From: an uncultured bacterium | Lineage (GTDB): Bacteria > Acidobacteriota > HRBIN11 > JAKEFK01 | Length of the DNA: 64,000 bases | Reading direction: 5' to 3' | Assembly: GCA_963777505.1 (NCBI GenBank) | Contig: CAVZQN010000005.1 | Span: forward strand, 1-64,000 | Shown here: piece by piece, positions 41,541-52,218 of the stretch | How the letters are laid out: the number at the start of each line of letters is the position of its first letter | Position numbering within the stretch: the first letter of the stretch is position 1 | The notes under the pieces: model-generated | Told to the model about the DNA's origin: nothing | Databases searched by the model: none | What the model saw: only the letters and a program-made list of their open reading frames with translations | Translations under genes and position numbers: made by a program

Positions 41541-41600
41541 AAGATTTTGCCGCTGAATCGCTGAGATTATGCGAACTCCCTCAGCTGCCGTCGGATTCTG

Positions 41601-41626
41601 CGGGCGGGTCTTAGACCCGCCCCTAC
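41601..41626 (-). repeat. GTAG-type REP palindrome
   Basis: Minus strand GTAGGGGCGGGTCTAAGACCCGCCCG just after the Fpg/Nei stop. Confidence 0.8.
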
Positions 41627-41637
41627 ATGCAAAGGAA

Positions 41638-42543
41638 TCACTTCAGTTTTGCGTGGCGGAGTTCCAGTTCATCAAGCGATTTTGGCCAGTCTTCCTTTAA
41701 AAGACGCGACAAAGCGCGATCAGCAAGAAGCCGGCCGCCAGTCTGGCAGGTTGGGCAATAGTTCGTTTCATTAGAAGCATACCGGATGCGTTGAATCATC
41801 GTATTACAGCGTGGGCAAGGTTTTTTATATCGTCCATGAACCGCCATTCCATCGCGAAACGCGGTTACTTTTTCCGGAAATTTCTCCCCATAATGTTCAC
41901 GGAGCCGGTGAATCCATTGTGTGAGCGTTGATTGAACTGCCTCGAACAATCGTTTTATTTCTTCAGAAGTGAGCTTTTGCGTCATTTTGATAGGTGAGAG
42001 TTTGGCTTCGAACAAAATTTCATCGGAGTATGCATTACCGATTCCGCTAAAAAATCTAGGATCGGTGAGAGAACGCTTAAGAGTATGATTTGCTGAAAGC
42101 AAAATTTTTGAAAAATCTTCCAGGCTGCATTGCAAGACATCCACGCCGCCTGGATCCATGGTGCGAAGACCCTCTTCTCCTGCGACAACATGAAGCGAGG
42201 CACGCTTTTTTGAACCAGCTTCACTCCAAAGAAGGCTTCCTGTGGAAAAATCGAATGCAGCAAAATTGCGATGTGGTGAAATTTCGGCTCCACGCTGATG
42301 CCAGTGCAATCGCCCGGCAATCATCAGATGCAATACCAACCAGTGATCGTTTTCCAGGCCAATACAAATGCGTTTGCCAATCCTTCGAAGATGCAGAACC
42401 TTCTTTTGCTCAACGCTGCTGATAGGTGGGATTGCCGTACGCAACAAAAAAGGGCTCACGATACGCACTGCATCAAGCGTTTCGCCTAGAATCCTTTTCT
42501 GTAAGGCTTCAATGTAAATGACAACGTCTGGCAATTCCGGCAT
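41638..42543 (-). CDS. Fpg/Nei family DNA glycosylase
   Basis: N-terminal [23 protein letters not shown] (H2TH), C-terminal CPRC...CPTCQ zinc finger. Confidence 0.95.
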   Translation of the reverse strand: MPELPDVVIYIEALQKRILGETLDAVRIVSPFLLRTAIPPISSVEQKKVLHLRRIGKRICIGLENDHWLVLHLMIAGRLHWHQRGAEISPHRNFAAFDFSTGSLLWSEAGSKKRASLHVVAGEEGLRTMDPGGVDVLQCSLEDFSKILLSANHTLKRSLTDPRFFSGIGNAYSDEILFEAKLSPIKMTQKLTSEEIKRLFEAVQSTLTQWIHRLREHYGEKFPEKVTAFRDGMAVHGRYKKPCPRCNTMIQRIRYASNETNYCPTCQTGGRLLADRALSRLLKEDWPKSLDELELRHAKLK

Positions 42544-42571
42544 GATCTAACCTGGTAGGACACGGTGCCGC

Positions 42572-45500
42572 TCAAGCGCCCTGGTGCTGCCCATCAATCT
42601 GTAATGCTTCGCTTTGAATTTCTTCATTCTCCGCTATTTTTGTGTGATGTGCAGCAATCAAAGAATAGAAAACTGGCACTACGAATAAAGTAAAAATCGT
42701 GCCCAGAGTCATTCCCGAGACAAGAACGGTTCCGATACTGTTCCGAGCTTCGGCTCCAGGACCTGATACAAGTACGAGTGGAAGATGCCCGAAGACAGTG
42801 GCGGCTGACGTCATCAGTACCGGCCGAAGCCGTGTTAATGCAGCTTCGCGCAAAGCAACTTCTTTTGGAGCCCCGTTGGTTTGCAGGGTATTAGCGAACT
42901 GAACGATCAGGATACCGTTCTTAGCAATCAAACCGACAAGTGTGATGAGTCCAACTTGCGAATAAATATTAATCGTAGTCAGATCAAGAAAGCTAAAGAT
43001 CAATGCTCCTGAGATTGCGAGTGGGACTGAACCTAAAAGTACAATCAAGGGATCCCGGAAACTGCTGAACTGTGCAGCAAGTACGAGATATATAAGGATA
43101 ACAGCGAAGCCTAATGTTGTTGTGAGCGCTGAACCTTCGAGCCGGATCTGACGAGACTCGCCAGCATAATCGATATCAATGCCTGATCCAGCTGCGATAG
43201 CAGCTTTTTCCAGAACTTGAAGTCCTTCTTCTTTAGTAACGCCTGGTTGGACACCGCCAAAAACGCGTACAGCATTTCGCTGCTGAAAACGATTTAATGC
43301 GCGAGGGGCTGTACTTGTTTCAATGCTCGTAAATGTTGATACAGGCACCAACTGTCCATCTGGTGTTTTGATTTTCAGATCAAGAAGCGGACCTAGAGTC
43401 GTACGATTTTCATCTCCGATTTGAGGAATGACTTTATAGCTGCGATCGTAAAAATTAAATCGATTTACATATGCTCCGCCTAACAATGTACCCAGTTCAC
43501 GCCCAACACCTGCCAAATCTAATCCAAGATCGGCAATCTTTTCGCGATCAATTAAGACACGAGCTTCAGGTAGATCAATTTTCAAATCCGTATCAACGTA
43601 TAAAAATTTTCCACTCTGCCAGCCGGCCGCAAGAACTGAGTTTGCAGTTTCAAGCATTTCTTCGGATGAGGCATCACTCTGCAAAACAAGTTCGACATCA
43701 TACTGTCCTGGAGTAGGCAATGGAGGATCAAGCCGCGGAAAAACACGTAAACCCGGAGATTGCGAAACGGTGCCAAACACTTCTCCATACATTTCTTCAG
43801 TTGATCGCGGTCGTTCCTTCCAATCCTTCGTGACCATACCACCGAAACCACCCCATGCGGCAGTCAGCGACCACATAAAGTCAGCTTCTTTGAACGATGT
43901 GATTTTATTTATTACGTCCAATGATTCTTTGTTTGTTGCAGCAAGTGTGGAATCAGGTGAAGCTTCCATGAAGAGACTGATATGGCTTTGATCTTCTACC
44001 GGTGCAAGCTCTTTACGCGAGAATTGATACAACGGCCACGCTGCAATCATGATTAACAACGAGGCAACAACAATTGCCCATCGCATCTTGAGTGCGCCGT
44101 CAAGCAATCGTGCGTAACCAAAACGGATTAAATCAAAAACATGATTCACGAATGAGGTGAGTCGTCCTTCTTTTCCGCGTGAATGAACGAAACGTGAGCT
44201 CATCACCGGAGAAAGTGTAACGGCTACAATACCGGAGACAATGACGGCTGCTGCAAGTGTGATTGCAAATTCCAAAAACAACGATCCGGTTAATCCGCCT
44301 TGAAATCCGATTGGTGTATACACGGCTGCAAGCGTGATTGTCATTGCAATGATGGGACCAACAAGTTCACGCGCGCCAATCAAAGCTGCGTCAATACGGC
44401 GTTTTCCAAGACGTACATGGCGTTCAACATTTTCAACAACAACGATTGCATCATCTACGACAAGACCGACGGACAGTACGATTGCTAAAATTGTAAGAAG
44501 ATTCAGACTGAAACCGAATGCGACCATCACAATTGCAGCGCCTACAAGTGATATCGGCATCGCAACAAGAGGAACGAGTGCTGTGCGGATTGATCCCATA
44601 AATAAAAACACTGCAATACCCACAATGAGAATGGTTTCAAGAAGCGTCTTTGTAATTTCTTTTAATGCGTCTTCCATGAACATCGTTCCATCCCAAACAA
44701 GACGCATATCGACGTCTTTGGGTAACGTAGGCCGGATCCGTTCCATTTCATCACGGAGCCGGTGTGCAACTTCGATTTCATTCACACCAGCAAGCGGCCA
44801 TACTCCGAGATACACTCCCTCTTTCTCGCTGACTTTCGCAACAAAACTTCCTTCTTCGGCTCCAAGCTCAACTCGCGCAACATCAGTGAGGCGAACAATC
44901 GCACCGTTACGATCTGCAACGATTAACTTTGCGAATTCATCAACAGAACGCAGATCCGTATTTGCAAGCAAGTTGACTTGCACAAGGTTTCCTTTCGTTT
45001 GACCAACAGCAGCAAGATAATTGTTGCGTTGCAATGCTGCGTGAACATCGCCAGGTGAAAGGTTCAGCGCTGCAAGACGATCCGGATCGATCCAAACGCG
45101 CATCGCGATCTGCCGTCCACCTTCGATCGTCACACGTTGCACGCCTGTGAGTGTCGCAAGTTGCGGTTGAAGTGTACGTAACAGCCAGTCGGTGATTGCC
45201 GGAACATCTCGTTCTGTGGATGTGAAGCTAATATAAAAAGTTGCATAAGGCCGGTCAGAACGTTGGACTTCAACAATCGGCGGCTCGGCTTCTGCTGGAA
45301 GTTCAGCACGCACCTCTTGAAGCCGTGCATTAATTTCCGCTAACGCTGCAGTGCTGCTGTGATTCAATTTTAATCGGACAGTAATCGTGCTGATGCCGGC
45401 TCGGCTTGTGGACTCGATGTAGTCCACGCCGCTGATTGCTGAAACAACACGTTCGATCGGTGTCGTTAAGAAGCCACGAACTGTCTCAGCACTCGCACCG

Positions 45501-45658
45501 TAATAAACAGTCGTGATGATGACTGAAGAACTTTCGATCGTTGGATATTGTTGAACTGGTAAGGTCGATATCGCGCGCCAACCAACGAGCAAAATCACAA
45601 GGTTGACTACAATTGCAATGACTGGATGCTTTATGAAGGTATCTGTAAATGAGCGCAT
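42572..45658 (-). CDS. RND efflux permease (AcrB/MexW-like)
   Basis: LPVQQYP, GLVVDDAIVVVENV, GLIAKNGILIV, RLRPVLMT. Confidence 0.97.
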   Translation of the reverse strand: MRSFTDTFIKHPVIAIVVNLVILLVGWRAISTLPVQQYPTIESSSVIITTVYYGASAETVRGFLTTPIERVVSAISGVDYIESTSRAGISTITVRLKLNHSSTAALAEINARLQEVRAELPAEAEPPIVEVQRSDRPYATFYISFTSTERDVPAITDWLLRTLQPQLATLTGVQRVTIEGGRQIAMRVWIDPDRLAALNLSPGDVHAALQRNNYLAAVGQTKGNLVQVNLLANTDLRSVDEFAKLIVADRNGAIVRLTDVARVELGAEEGSFVAKVSEKEGVYLGVWPLAGVNEIEVAHRLRDEMERIRPTLPKDVDMRLVWDGTMFMEDALKEITKTLLETILIVGIAVFLFMGSIRTALVPLVAMPISLVGAAIVMVAFGFSLNLLTILAIVLSVGLVVDDAIVVVENVERHVRLGKRRIDAALIGARELVGPIIAMTITLAAVYTPIGFQGGLTGSLFLEFAITLAAAVIVSGIVAVTLSPVMSSRFVHSRGKEGRLTSFVNHVFDLIRFGYARLLDGALKMRWAIVVASLLIMIAAWPLYQFSRKELAPVEDQSHISLFMEASPDSTLAATNKESLDVINKITSFKEADFMWSLTAAWGGFGGMVTKDWKERPRSTEEMYGEVFGTVSQSPGLRVFPRLDPPLPTPGQYDVELVLQSDASSEEMLETANSVLAAGWQSGKFLYVDTDLKIDLPEARVLIDREKIADLGLDLAGVGRELGTLLGGAYVNRFNFYDRSYKVIPQIGDENRTTLGPLLDLKIKTPDGQLVPVSTFTSIETSTAPRALNRFQQRNAVRVFGGVQPGVTKEEGLQVLEKAAIAAGSGIDIDYAGESRQIRLEGSALTTTLGFAVILIYLVLAAQFSSFRDPLIVLLGSVPLAISGALIFSFLDLTTINIYSQVGLITLVGLIAKNGILIVQFANTLQTNGAPKEVALREAALTRLRPVLMTSAATVFGHLPLVLVSGPGAEARNSIGTVLVSGMTLGTIFTLFVVPVFYSLIAAHHTKIAENEEIQSEALQIDGQHQGA

Positions 45659-45705
45659 ACTGAAATCCTTGTTGTGTGACTATGATTTCCTCTTAGTGTC
45701 CATTG

Positions 45706-46812
45706 TTATTGACTTCCATTTGATTCACCGGGATCGTTCGTTAATGCTACCAGCGCTGCTTCACGCAATTTAAAGGAGCCGGACGCAGCAACGTAGTCTC
45801 CGGCAGATAATCCTTTGAGTATTAGAACTTCATCGCCCAGCATCGCTCCGCTTACAACTTGACGTATGTGTGCACGTTTCTTGCCGTCCTTTTCGGATTG
45901 AATGACAAACACATGGTCTCCGTCAGGACCTTTCCGCAGCGAACTCACAGGAATTGAAACAGCTGTTAGCTGTTGTCCAACTGAAACTTGAACGCGCACT
46001 GAAGCACCAGGTGCTGGGGCGTCCTCTGCATTTGCAATCTTCGCGCGGACTGTCGCATTGCGTGTTGTTGGATCCACACGTGAATCAATTGCAACGATTG
46101 AAGCCGAAGTAGCAGGGGAGTTGGCTGCAGAAAATATTTGGACTGCATCTCCGTGGCGTAAGGTTGCAGCGACCTGCTGTGCAACCGCAAAATCAACATG
46201 AACAGCTTCATCCACACCTTGAAGCGTGGTCAGCTGAGTTCCTTCAACGAGATATTGACCTGGATGAACATCAGAGATTCCAACGCGCGAACGGAAGGGT
46301 GCACGAATGATTTTTCGATCGATTACAGCTTTCGTGCGTTCCACTTGGGCTTTTGCAACATCAAGCTCAGCACGGGCTCGATCAAGATCAGTTTTTGAAA
46401 TTGCACGGCTCTCACCAACAGCTTCGATCCGTTGAAGTAATGTTTCTGCGAGTGATGCACGCGCTACTTGCTCACTCAACTCTGCTTGTTCAACAGATAC
46501 ATCCAGTGTAACAAGCACTGTTCCTGCTTCCACAACGCGGCCGGAAGCAAGATTCACTTGTCGAACTGTGCCAGGAACTTCATTTTGTAACGTAATGGAT
46601 CGAAGTGCTATGATCGTCCCGATTGATGTTGTCGTTTGTGTATGTTTTCGATTTTTTGCAATGGCAACAGTTGCAGTTTCCATCGGTTCAGGCAATTTGG
46701 CTGATGCTGCGCTCGCTTCTTGAATCGATTTGTACTTCCAGGACGCCAGGCCGAAACCAATACCAATAACTACGATCAGCAAAGAAAATCCTATTAAACG
46801 ATGAATGCTCAT
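45706..46812 (-). CDS. RND efflux membrane fusion protein
   Basis: N-terminal TM, IRAPF, biotinyl-like halves, GLSAGDYV..G..KL. Confidence 0.95.
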   Translation of the reverse strand: MSIHRLIGFSLLIVVIGIGFGLASWKYKSIQEASAASAKLPEPMETATVAIAKNRKHTQTTTSIGTIIALRSITLQNEVPGTVRQVNLASGRVVEAGTVLVTLDVSVEQAELSEQVARASLAETLLQRIEAVGESRAISKTDLDRARAELDVAKAQVERTKAVIDRKIIRAPFRSRVGISDVHPGQYLVEGTQLTTLQGVDEAVHVDFAVAQQVAATLRHGDAVQIFSAANSPATSASIVAIDSRVDPTTRNATVRAKIANAEDAPAPGASVRVQVSVGQQLTAVSIPVSSLRKGPDGDHVFVIQSEKDGKKRAHIRQVVSGAMLGDEVLILKGLSAGDYVAASGSFKLREAALVALTNDPGESNGSQ

Positions 46813-47432
46813 ACGCTGCGCCCTCCTGCGCGTCTCTTCTTTTGAACTTTGCCTTTGCGTTTGGATAGTTTCTGTGTGCGAAGGTAACTCGCTAATATAT
46901 TTTCTATAGCAATATGCACACGATCAAGAAGCTCTTTCTCAACTTTAGCCAAACCCAGAACCCAGTACAGCCATAAACCATCGATCGCTGCAGCAATCAT
47001 TTCGCCAACTCCGGGGGGAAGTCCATCTTTTTTTATCAGCTGATTGAGATCGTTATACGCTTCGCGCATTGGCTGGATTAAGGAAGGATTTTGTGCGAGT
47101 GCTGAAAACACCGCAGAAGAGCCCTGCCGGACTTGTTCACTCCAACCTTCAGACAGACAATGACTCAACAATGCCCGTGACATTCTTCCGGGTCCTTCCG
47201 GTGTGTTTCTATAACGTTCCATATAACAATTCCGCCAATTATCTGCAGAACGTTGGACCATCGCTTCTATAAGCAGGTCTTTGGAAGGGAAATGATGCAA
47301 TAATCCGCCTTTACTCATCCCAGCTTCAGCAGCGACAGCATCGAGAGTTAAGTTGCCAATTCCCTGACGCACAACTGCCGCTTCCGCAGCGTCCAACAGC
47401 TTGTCTTTTAAATTAGTTTTCAAAATAGCCAT
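46809..47432 (-). CDS. TetR family regulator of the efflux operon
   Basis: LTLDAVAAEAGMSKGGLLHHFPSK. Confidence 0.95.
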   Translation of the reverse strand: MAILKTNLKDKLLDAAEAAVVRQGIGNLTLDAVAAEAGMSKGGLLHHFPSKDLLIEAMVQRSADNWRNCYMERYRNTPEGPGRMSRALLSHCLSEGWSEQVRQGSSAVFSALAQNPSLIQPMREAYNDLNQLIKKDGLPPGVGEMIAAAIDGLWLYWVLGLAKVEKELLDRVHIAIENILASYLRTQKLSKRKGKVQKKRRAGGRSV

Positions 47433-47440
47433 AAACAAGG

Positions 47441-47482
47441 AATTTACCGTCCGGACGGTCGGTTGTCAACCGTCTGGACGGT
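47441..47482 (-). promoter_or_regulatory. Sigma70 promoter overlapped by two TetR operators
   Basis: TTGACA (47469-47464)-N17-TAAATT; palindromes ACCGTCCGGACGGT (47446-47459) and ACCGTCTGGACGGT (47469-47482). Confidence 0.85.
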
Positions 47483-47511
47483 TTTTCTATGTTATTTTCT
47501 ATATTCTTGAA

Positions 47512-47540
47512 TAGTCGAATTTCAATCACGAAATTCGACA
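47512..47540 (-). promoter_or_regulatory. ECF42-type promoter motif that is also an inverted repeat
   Basis: TGTCGA-ATTTCGTGATTGAAATT-CGACTA; GTCGAATTTC-N6-GAAATTCGAC. Confidence 0.55.
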
Positions 47541-47641
47541 AATATCATGATGTAAAATCTTTGTAAACGACAATTGCGTGCTCAATCTTTTGTTTTTTAT
47601 TATTATATTTTCGTTCTAGCAGTGTTTAGAAGGTTAACGGA

Positions 47642-49945
47642 ATGCCTATAGAAAAAGGTACCTTATTAGGGCCCTACGAAATCTCCTCCTTTATTGGTGG
47701 AGGTGGGATGGGAGACGTCTATCGAGCGATCGATACCCGCCTTGGAAGAGATGTTGCGCTAAAAGTTTTATCGAAACATCTTGCTGAAGACATAAAATTT
47801 GTTGATCGTTTTGAAAAAGAAACTCGCGCACTAGCAGCGCTGTCGCATCAAAACATTCTTTCAATATTTGATGTCGGAAAAGATCAGGATTCTATTTTTG
47901 CGGTAATGGAGTTGCTTGATGGCATGACGCTGCGAGCGCGGATGAATCAAGGCGCACTTGGCTGGGAAAAAGCTCTGGAGATCGCCGTTGAAATCGCCTA
48001 TGGTTTGGTAGCGGCTCATTCAAAAGGAATTGTTCACAGAGATCTGAAGCCGGAAAATATTTATCTGATCACCGATGATCGTGTAAAAATTCTGGATTTC
48101 GGTCTGGCTCAGCTTAGACTTGAAGCGTTTTCTGACGCGGTCTCTCAGTTAAGAACGATCGCGGATGATACAAAACCTGGAATGCTCCTGGGTACGGTTG
48201 GATATATGTCTCCTGAGCAGATAAAAGGTATTGAAGTCGATGCGACTTCAGACATCTTTTCATTTGGCAGTCTTTTTCATGAGATGTTAACAGGGAAGCC
48301 TCCTTTCTTGCGGAATACTCCAGTGGAAACGTTCGCAGCAATTCTTCACGATTCAACGCCAGATCTTGGTACAAATAGTGGTCCGGTGCCAGTAGAGCTT
48401 CAACGTATCATCATGTTCTGCTTAGAAAAAAATCCAGCAGATCGGTTTCAATCAGCGAAAGATCTTTATCTTGCTCTGAAAACAGTTCCACGATCGCCCA
48501 GTCTTCTAACCTCTAACTTTCCGGAATTTGATTTGGTGAAAACCAAACGGCGCCGTTCGAAAAAAAGTGTGGATTCTTTGGCTGTACTTCCATTTTCGAC
48601 AGAGGGATCCAAGCCTGAAATGGAATATCTGGGTGGTGTTGCAGAGACAATTATTAATGCTCTTTCTCAAATTCCAAAGCTCCGAGTTATGGCCTACAGC
48701 ACTGTGTTGCGTTATGCCGGGACGAACGTGGAACCATTGCGGGCAGGAAGAGAATTGAATGTTCGAGCGGTACTAAATGGAAGAGCTGTTAAGCGTGATG
48801 ATGCAGTGGAACTGCAAGTCGAATTAATCGATGTCACGGATGGCGCTTTGCTGTGGGGAGAACATTACAGTGCAGATTTATGCGAAGTTTGTAATCTCGA
48901 AGAAGAAATTGCGAAACAAATCTCGGATAAATTGAAAATTCAGCTCACGCGTTCCGAAGAAAAACGCATGAACCGCAAAATGACTTCAAATAGGAAAGCC
49001 TATGATCTCTATCTGAAAGGAAGATTTTTTTGGAATAAGAGAACGGAAGAAGGGCTCCGGATGGCAAAGGATTATTTTGAACAAGCGATTCTTGAAGATT
49101 CTAATTTTGCATTGGCCTATTCCGGATTGGCTGATAGTTTTTGGATTCTTGGAAGCTATGGCTTTCTGCCGCCGAAGGATTCGTATCCATTAGCAAAACA
49201 ATATGCTTTGCGTGCGTTGGATTTGGAGCCAGGGCTTGCGGAAGCACATTGTTCGCTTGCTGAGTTTTTATTCCGTTACGATTGGAATTTTGTAGAAGCG
49301 GAAAAAGAGTTTGAAATCTCTTTGAAATTAAATCCTGGATATGCAACGGCTCATCACTGGTATGCAGTTTTATTAGCAACTCTTGGAAAATTTCAACAGG
49401 CAGTGGATGAAGTTCATAAAGCCAGGGATCTCGATCCCTTTTCACCGGTGGTTCACTGGACTATGGGTTACATTTATCATTACGCACGTCAATATGATAA
49501 AGCGATTGAACAGTATAGATACACAACGCTTTTAGATCCTTCTTTCATTCGTCCCTCAGTGGATATGGCGCTGGCATTCATAAAAAAATCAATGTTTCAG
49601 GAAGCTCTAGTCGAAATGGATAAATTAATTGCTGCAAAGATTACAACTCCATCGGTACTTGCGACAATTGGTTATACAAATGCAATGGCAGGACGCACTG
49701 AAGAGGCCGAAAAAATTCTTGAAGATTTAAAGAATCCTAATCGATTGCCTTATCGTTCAAACTACAGCGTTGCCGTTGTGTATGTTGGCTTAGGAAGAGT
49801 GGAAGACGCGATTGATTGGCTGGAACGTGCTTACAATGATCGAGAGGATGCAATGACCAGCATTAAGGTGAATCCCCGGCTTGATCCTTTGCGATCCAAC
49901 CCCCGTTTTGAAAGTCTGATGCAGCGAATGAATTTTCCGCAATAG
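47642..49945 (+). CDS. Ser/Thr kinase with TolB-N-like domain and TPR repeats
   Basis: GGGGMGDVY, HRDLKPEN, DFGLA, SLAVLPF, AYDLYLKGRFFWNKR, DPLRSNPRF. Confidence 0.95.
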   Translation: MPIEKGTLLGPYEISSFIGGGGMGDVYRAIDTRLGRDVALKVLSKHLAEDIKFVDRFEKETRALAALSHQNILSIFDVGKDQDSIFAVMELLDGMTLRARMNQGALGWEKALEIAVEIAYGLVAAHSKGIVHRDLKPENIYLITDDRVKILDFGLAQLRLEAFSDAVSQLRTIADDTKPGMLLGTVGYMSPEQIKGIEVDATSDIFSFGSLFHEMLTGKPPFLRNTPVETFAAILHDSTPDLGTNSGPVPVELQRIIMFCLEKNPADRFQSAKDLYLALKTVPRSPSLLTSNFPEFDLVKTKRRRSKKSVDSLAVLPFSTEGSKPEMEYLGGVAETIINALSQIPKLRVMAYSTVLRYAGTNVEPLRAGRELNVRAVLNGRAVKRDDAVELQVELIDVTDGALLWGEHYSADLCEVCNLEEEIAKQISDKLKIQLTRSEEKRMNRKMTSNRKAYDLYLKGRFFWNKRTEEGLRMAKDYFEQAILEDSNFALAYSGLADSFWILGSYGFLPPKDSYPLAKQYALRALDLEPGLAEAHCSLAEFLFRYDWNFVEAEKEFEISLKLNPGYATAHHWYAVLLATLGKFQQAVDEVHKARDLDPFSPVVHWTMGYIYHYARQYDKAIEQYRYTTLLDPSFIRPSVDMALAFIKKSMFQEALVEMDKLIAAKITTPSVLATIGYTNAMAGRTEEAEKILEDLKNPNRLPYRSNYSVAVVYVGLGRVEDAIDWLERAYNDREDAMTSIKVNPRLDPLRSNPRFESLMQRMNFPQ

Positions 49946-50000
49946 AAGGATTAACTGAGTGGTTCCGCGAAGCGGTAATCGATTACTTCGACGTCTACAC

Positions 50001-50981
50001 CTATATTGCTGAAGCGGACGTTTTTCGTTTTCGCCATTCGGCAGGGGAGACGCCGACAAATTTTTTAAATGCGCGGCTGAACGCAGCTTCCGAATCATAC
50101 CCAGCTTCATCAGCTACTTGCGCAATTTTGGAAGAGCCACGAGCGAGCAATCCAGATGCGATCTGCATCCGCCAATGAGTTAGATATTGCATGGGAGGCT
50201 GTCCAACAAGATGCATAAATCGTTCTGCGAGTACTGACCGCGAGATTCCTACTTCATGTGCTAATTCTTCCAAACCCCAGCCATGCGTTGGACGTTCGTG
50301 CAATAAACCAAGTGCTTGTCCTATGAAAGGATCGCGTAATCCGGCTAACCAACCTGTCTGTTCCGCCGGCAACGAATCCAAATAAATTCGCACTACTTCA
50401 ACAAACAGAAGTTCACTCAACTGCGCCAGAACAGCTTCTCCACCTGCTCTTTTTTCTTTGGACTCCATCGCAGCATAATGTGTGAAATTATTCAGCCATA
50501 CTGCTTTCGGCTCGGTACTGGCTTTCACATGCAGGACCCTGGGTAATGTGGAAAGCAGTGGATTGAACGGACGCGCATCACATCCCAGGTAACCACAAAC
50601 AAGCGTTGTCTTCGCAGATTGATTCTCTGGTCCCTCTTTCAACACAAAGGGACGTTGAGTATGCGGAGGAGTTGGATGTTCAACTTCGGGAGGTTCAATT
50701 GCAGGATCACTGGTCATAACATGCGAATCGCCGTGTGGAAACACAATCACATCGCCTGCTTCCATATGAACCGGTGGTAGTCCTTTTACAGTGCCAAAAC
50801 ATTCTCCGCGTGTAACAACATGATACGGAATTAAGTGCCCGGCGTCAGGCATAACCTGCGGTATGTACTTATGTGTCGGAGAAGTAATGGCAGACCACGG
50901 GTGAGATGCTTCGACATAAAAAAAGACTGCTCCGGTAAGCCTGACCGTTCGAAGCACGTTCGAAAGAACGTCTGTAGCCAT
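50001..50981 (-). CDS. AraC-family regulator with Cupin_6 domain
   Basis: DVLSNVL, YHVVTRG, GWLAGLRDP, PPMQYLTHWRM, GYDSEAAFSRAFK. Confidence 0.95.
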   Translation of the reverse strand: MATDVLSNVLRTVRLTGAVFFYVEASHPWSAITSPTHKYIPQVMPDAGHLIPYHVVTRGECFGTVKGLPPVHMEAGDVIVFPHGDSHVMTSDPAIEPPEVEHPTPPHTQRPFVLKEGPENQSAKTTLVCGYLGCDARPFNPLLSTLPRVLHVKASTEPKAVWLNNFTHYAAMESKEKRAGGEAVLAQLSELLFVEVVRIYLDSLPAEQTGWLAGLRDPFIGQALGLLHERPTHGWGLEELAHEVGISRSVLAERFMHLVGQPPMQYLTHWRMQIASGLLARGSSKIAQVADEAGYDSEAAFSRAFKKFVGVSPAEWRKRKTSASAI

Positions 50982-51146
50982 TTTTATTTTTCCTCAGTAT
51001 CTATGATCAACGATTCCGGACGTTTGATCAACCGAACATCTTCTTTAGGATTTCGAATCATGAAGTACGGACGCGGAATCATAGAGAGCGCGTTTGAGCA
51101 TCGTTACCATTGTTGTGTAGCAGAAAAATTCTAGGAGGAAAACAAA

Positions 51147-52058
51147 ATGTATCACAACTACACATACAGTGGAGCGTTAGCAGCATCAGAAAAGGTAAAG
51201 TGGACAATTCAAGATGTTATTGGCGAAAAAAACAAACTTGATTTCAGCAAGCCGTTTCTGCCGGAATCTCTGGCACGAGTAGAACCTCTTTCATTTCTGA
51301 CACCACAAGAGAAATTAATTTTAAATCAGATTCGCGGCCATGCCTATCTAACCTTATTCGGAACTGTGGAAGAGTTCATTCTCCCATTTGTGATGGATAA
51401 TGCACGTCCACGGCTCAATGGTGACGATACCATGGTTAGAGCACTTCTTGCGTTTGCCGGTGAAGAGGCAAAGCATATTCACCTGTTCAAGATGTTTCGC
51501 GAAGAATTCCAGAAAGGATTTGCGACATCCTGCCAGGTGATTGGCCCGCCAAGCGAGATAGCCGCAGCCGTTCTGTCACATCACCCACTGGCAGTCGCAT
51601 TGTTAACTTTGCACATCGAGTGGTTTACTCAACTTCACTACACTGATAGCGTTCGCGATACAAACAACCTGGATCCGCAGTTTAAGCGGCTGTTGAAATA
51701 TCATTGGATCGATGAGGCTCAGCATACGAAGCTGGATACACTCATGATAGAAGCGCTCGCAGAGAATTACACCAAAGAAGAAATTAGGAACGCGTTTGAA
51801 GAATATGTCGCAATGGGAGGATTCCTCGATCGCGGTTTAGTGCAGCAAGTACAGTTCGATCTGGATAGCTTTATCCGAGCAACAGGGCGGAAGTTGACTG
51901 AGGATCAAATTCAAGAATTTAATGAGGTGCAACTGCAGGCAAATCGATGGACTTACATCGGTTCGGGAATGTCTCATCCAAATTTTCTTGCAACTGTTGG
52001 ATTTCTTGATCCGGAATGGAAAGAAAAGTTAGAAAAAATGTCGCCCATCTTTTCCTAA
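51147..52058 (+). CDS. Ferritin-like diiron protein (AurF-like)
   Basis: VEE, EEAKH, HIE...HY, HWIDEAQH diiron motifs. Confidence 0.75.
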   Translation: MYHNYTYSGALAASEKVKWTIQDVIGEKNKLDFSKPFLPESLARVEPLSFLTPQEKLILNQIRGHAYLTLFGTVEEFILPFVMDNARPRLNGDDTMVRALLAFAGEEAKHIHLFKMFREEFQKGFATSCQVIGPPSEIAAAVLSHHPLAVALLTLHIEWFTQLHYTDSVRDTNNLDPQFKRLLKYHWIDEAQHTKLDTLMIEALAENYTKEEIRNAFEEYVAMGGFLDRGLVQQVQFDLDSFIRATGRKLTEDQIQEFNEVQLQANRWTYIGSGMSHPNFLATVGFLDPEWKEKLEKMSPIFS

Positions 52059-52218
52059 GAATAGACTCGTTAGTCTGAGCAGCAAATTGCTTTTTCGGAC
52101 TTACAGGCATGAAATGCGGACGCTGAGTCATGGAGAGCGCCATTGTATAGGGTTACTATTTTTGTGTTATTGAAAAAATAATGTATGTGCGATAACAACG
52201 AACAAACGAAGGTGCAAC

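Noticed and set aside
44334-45002. 222-aa plus-strand ORF
   Set aside because: Typical antisense ORF of RND permease genes.
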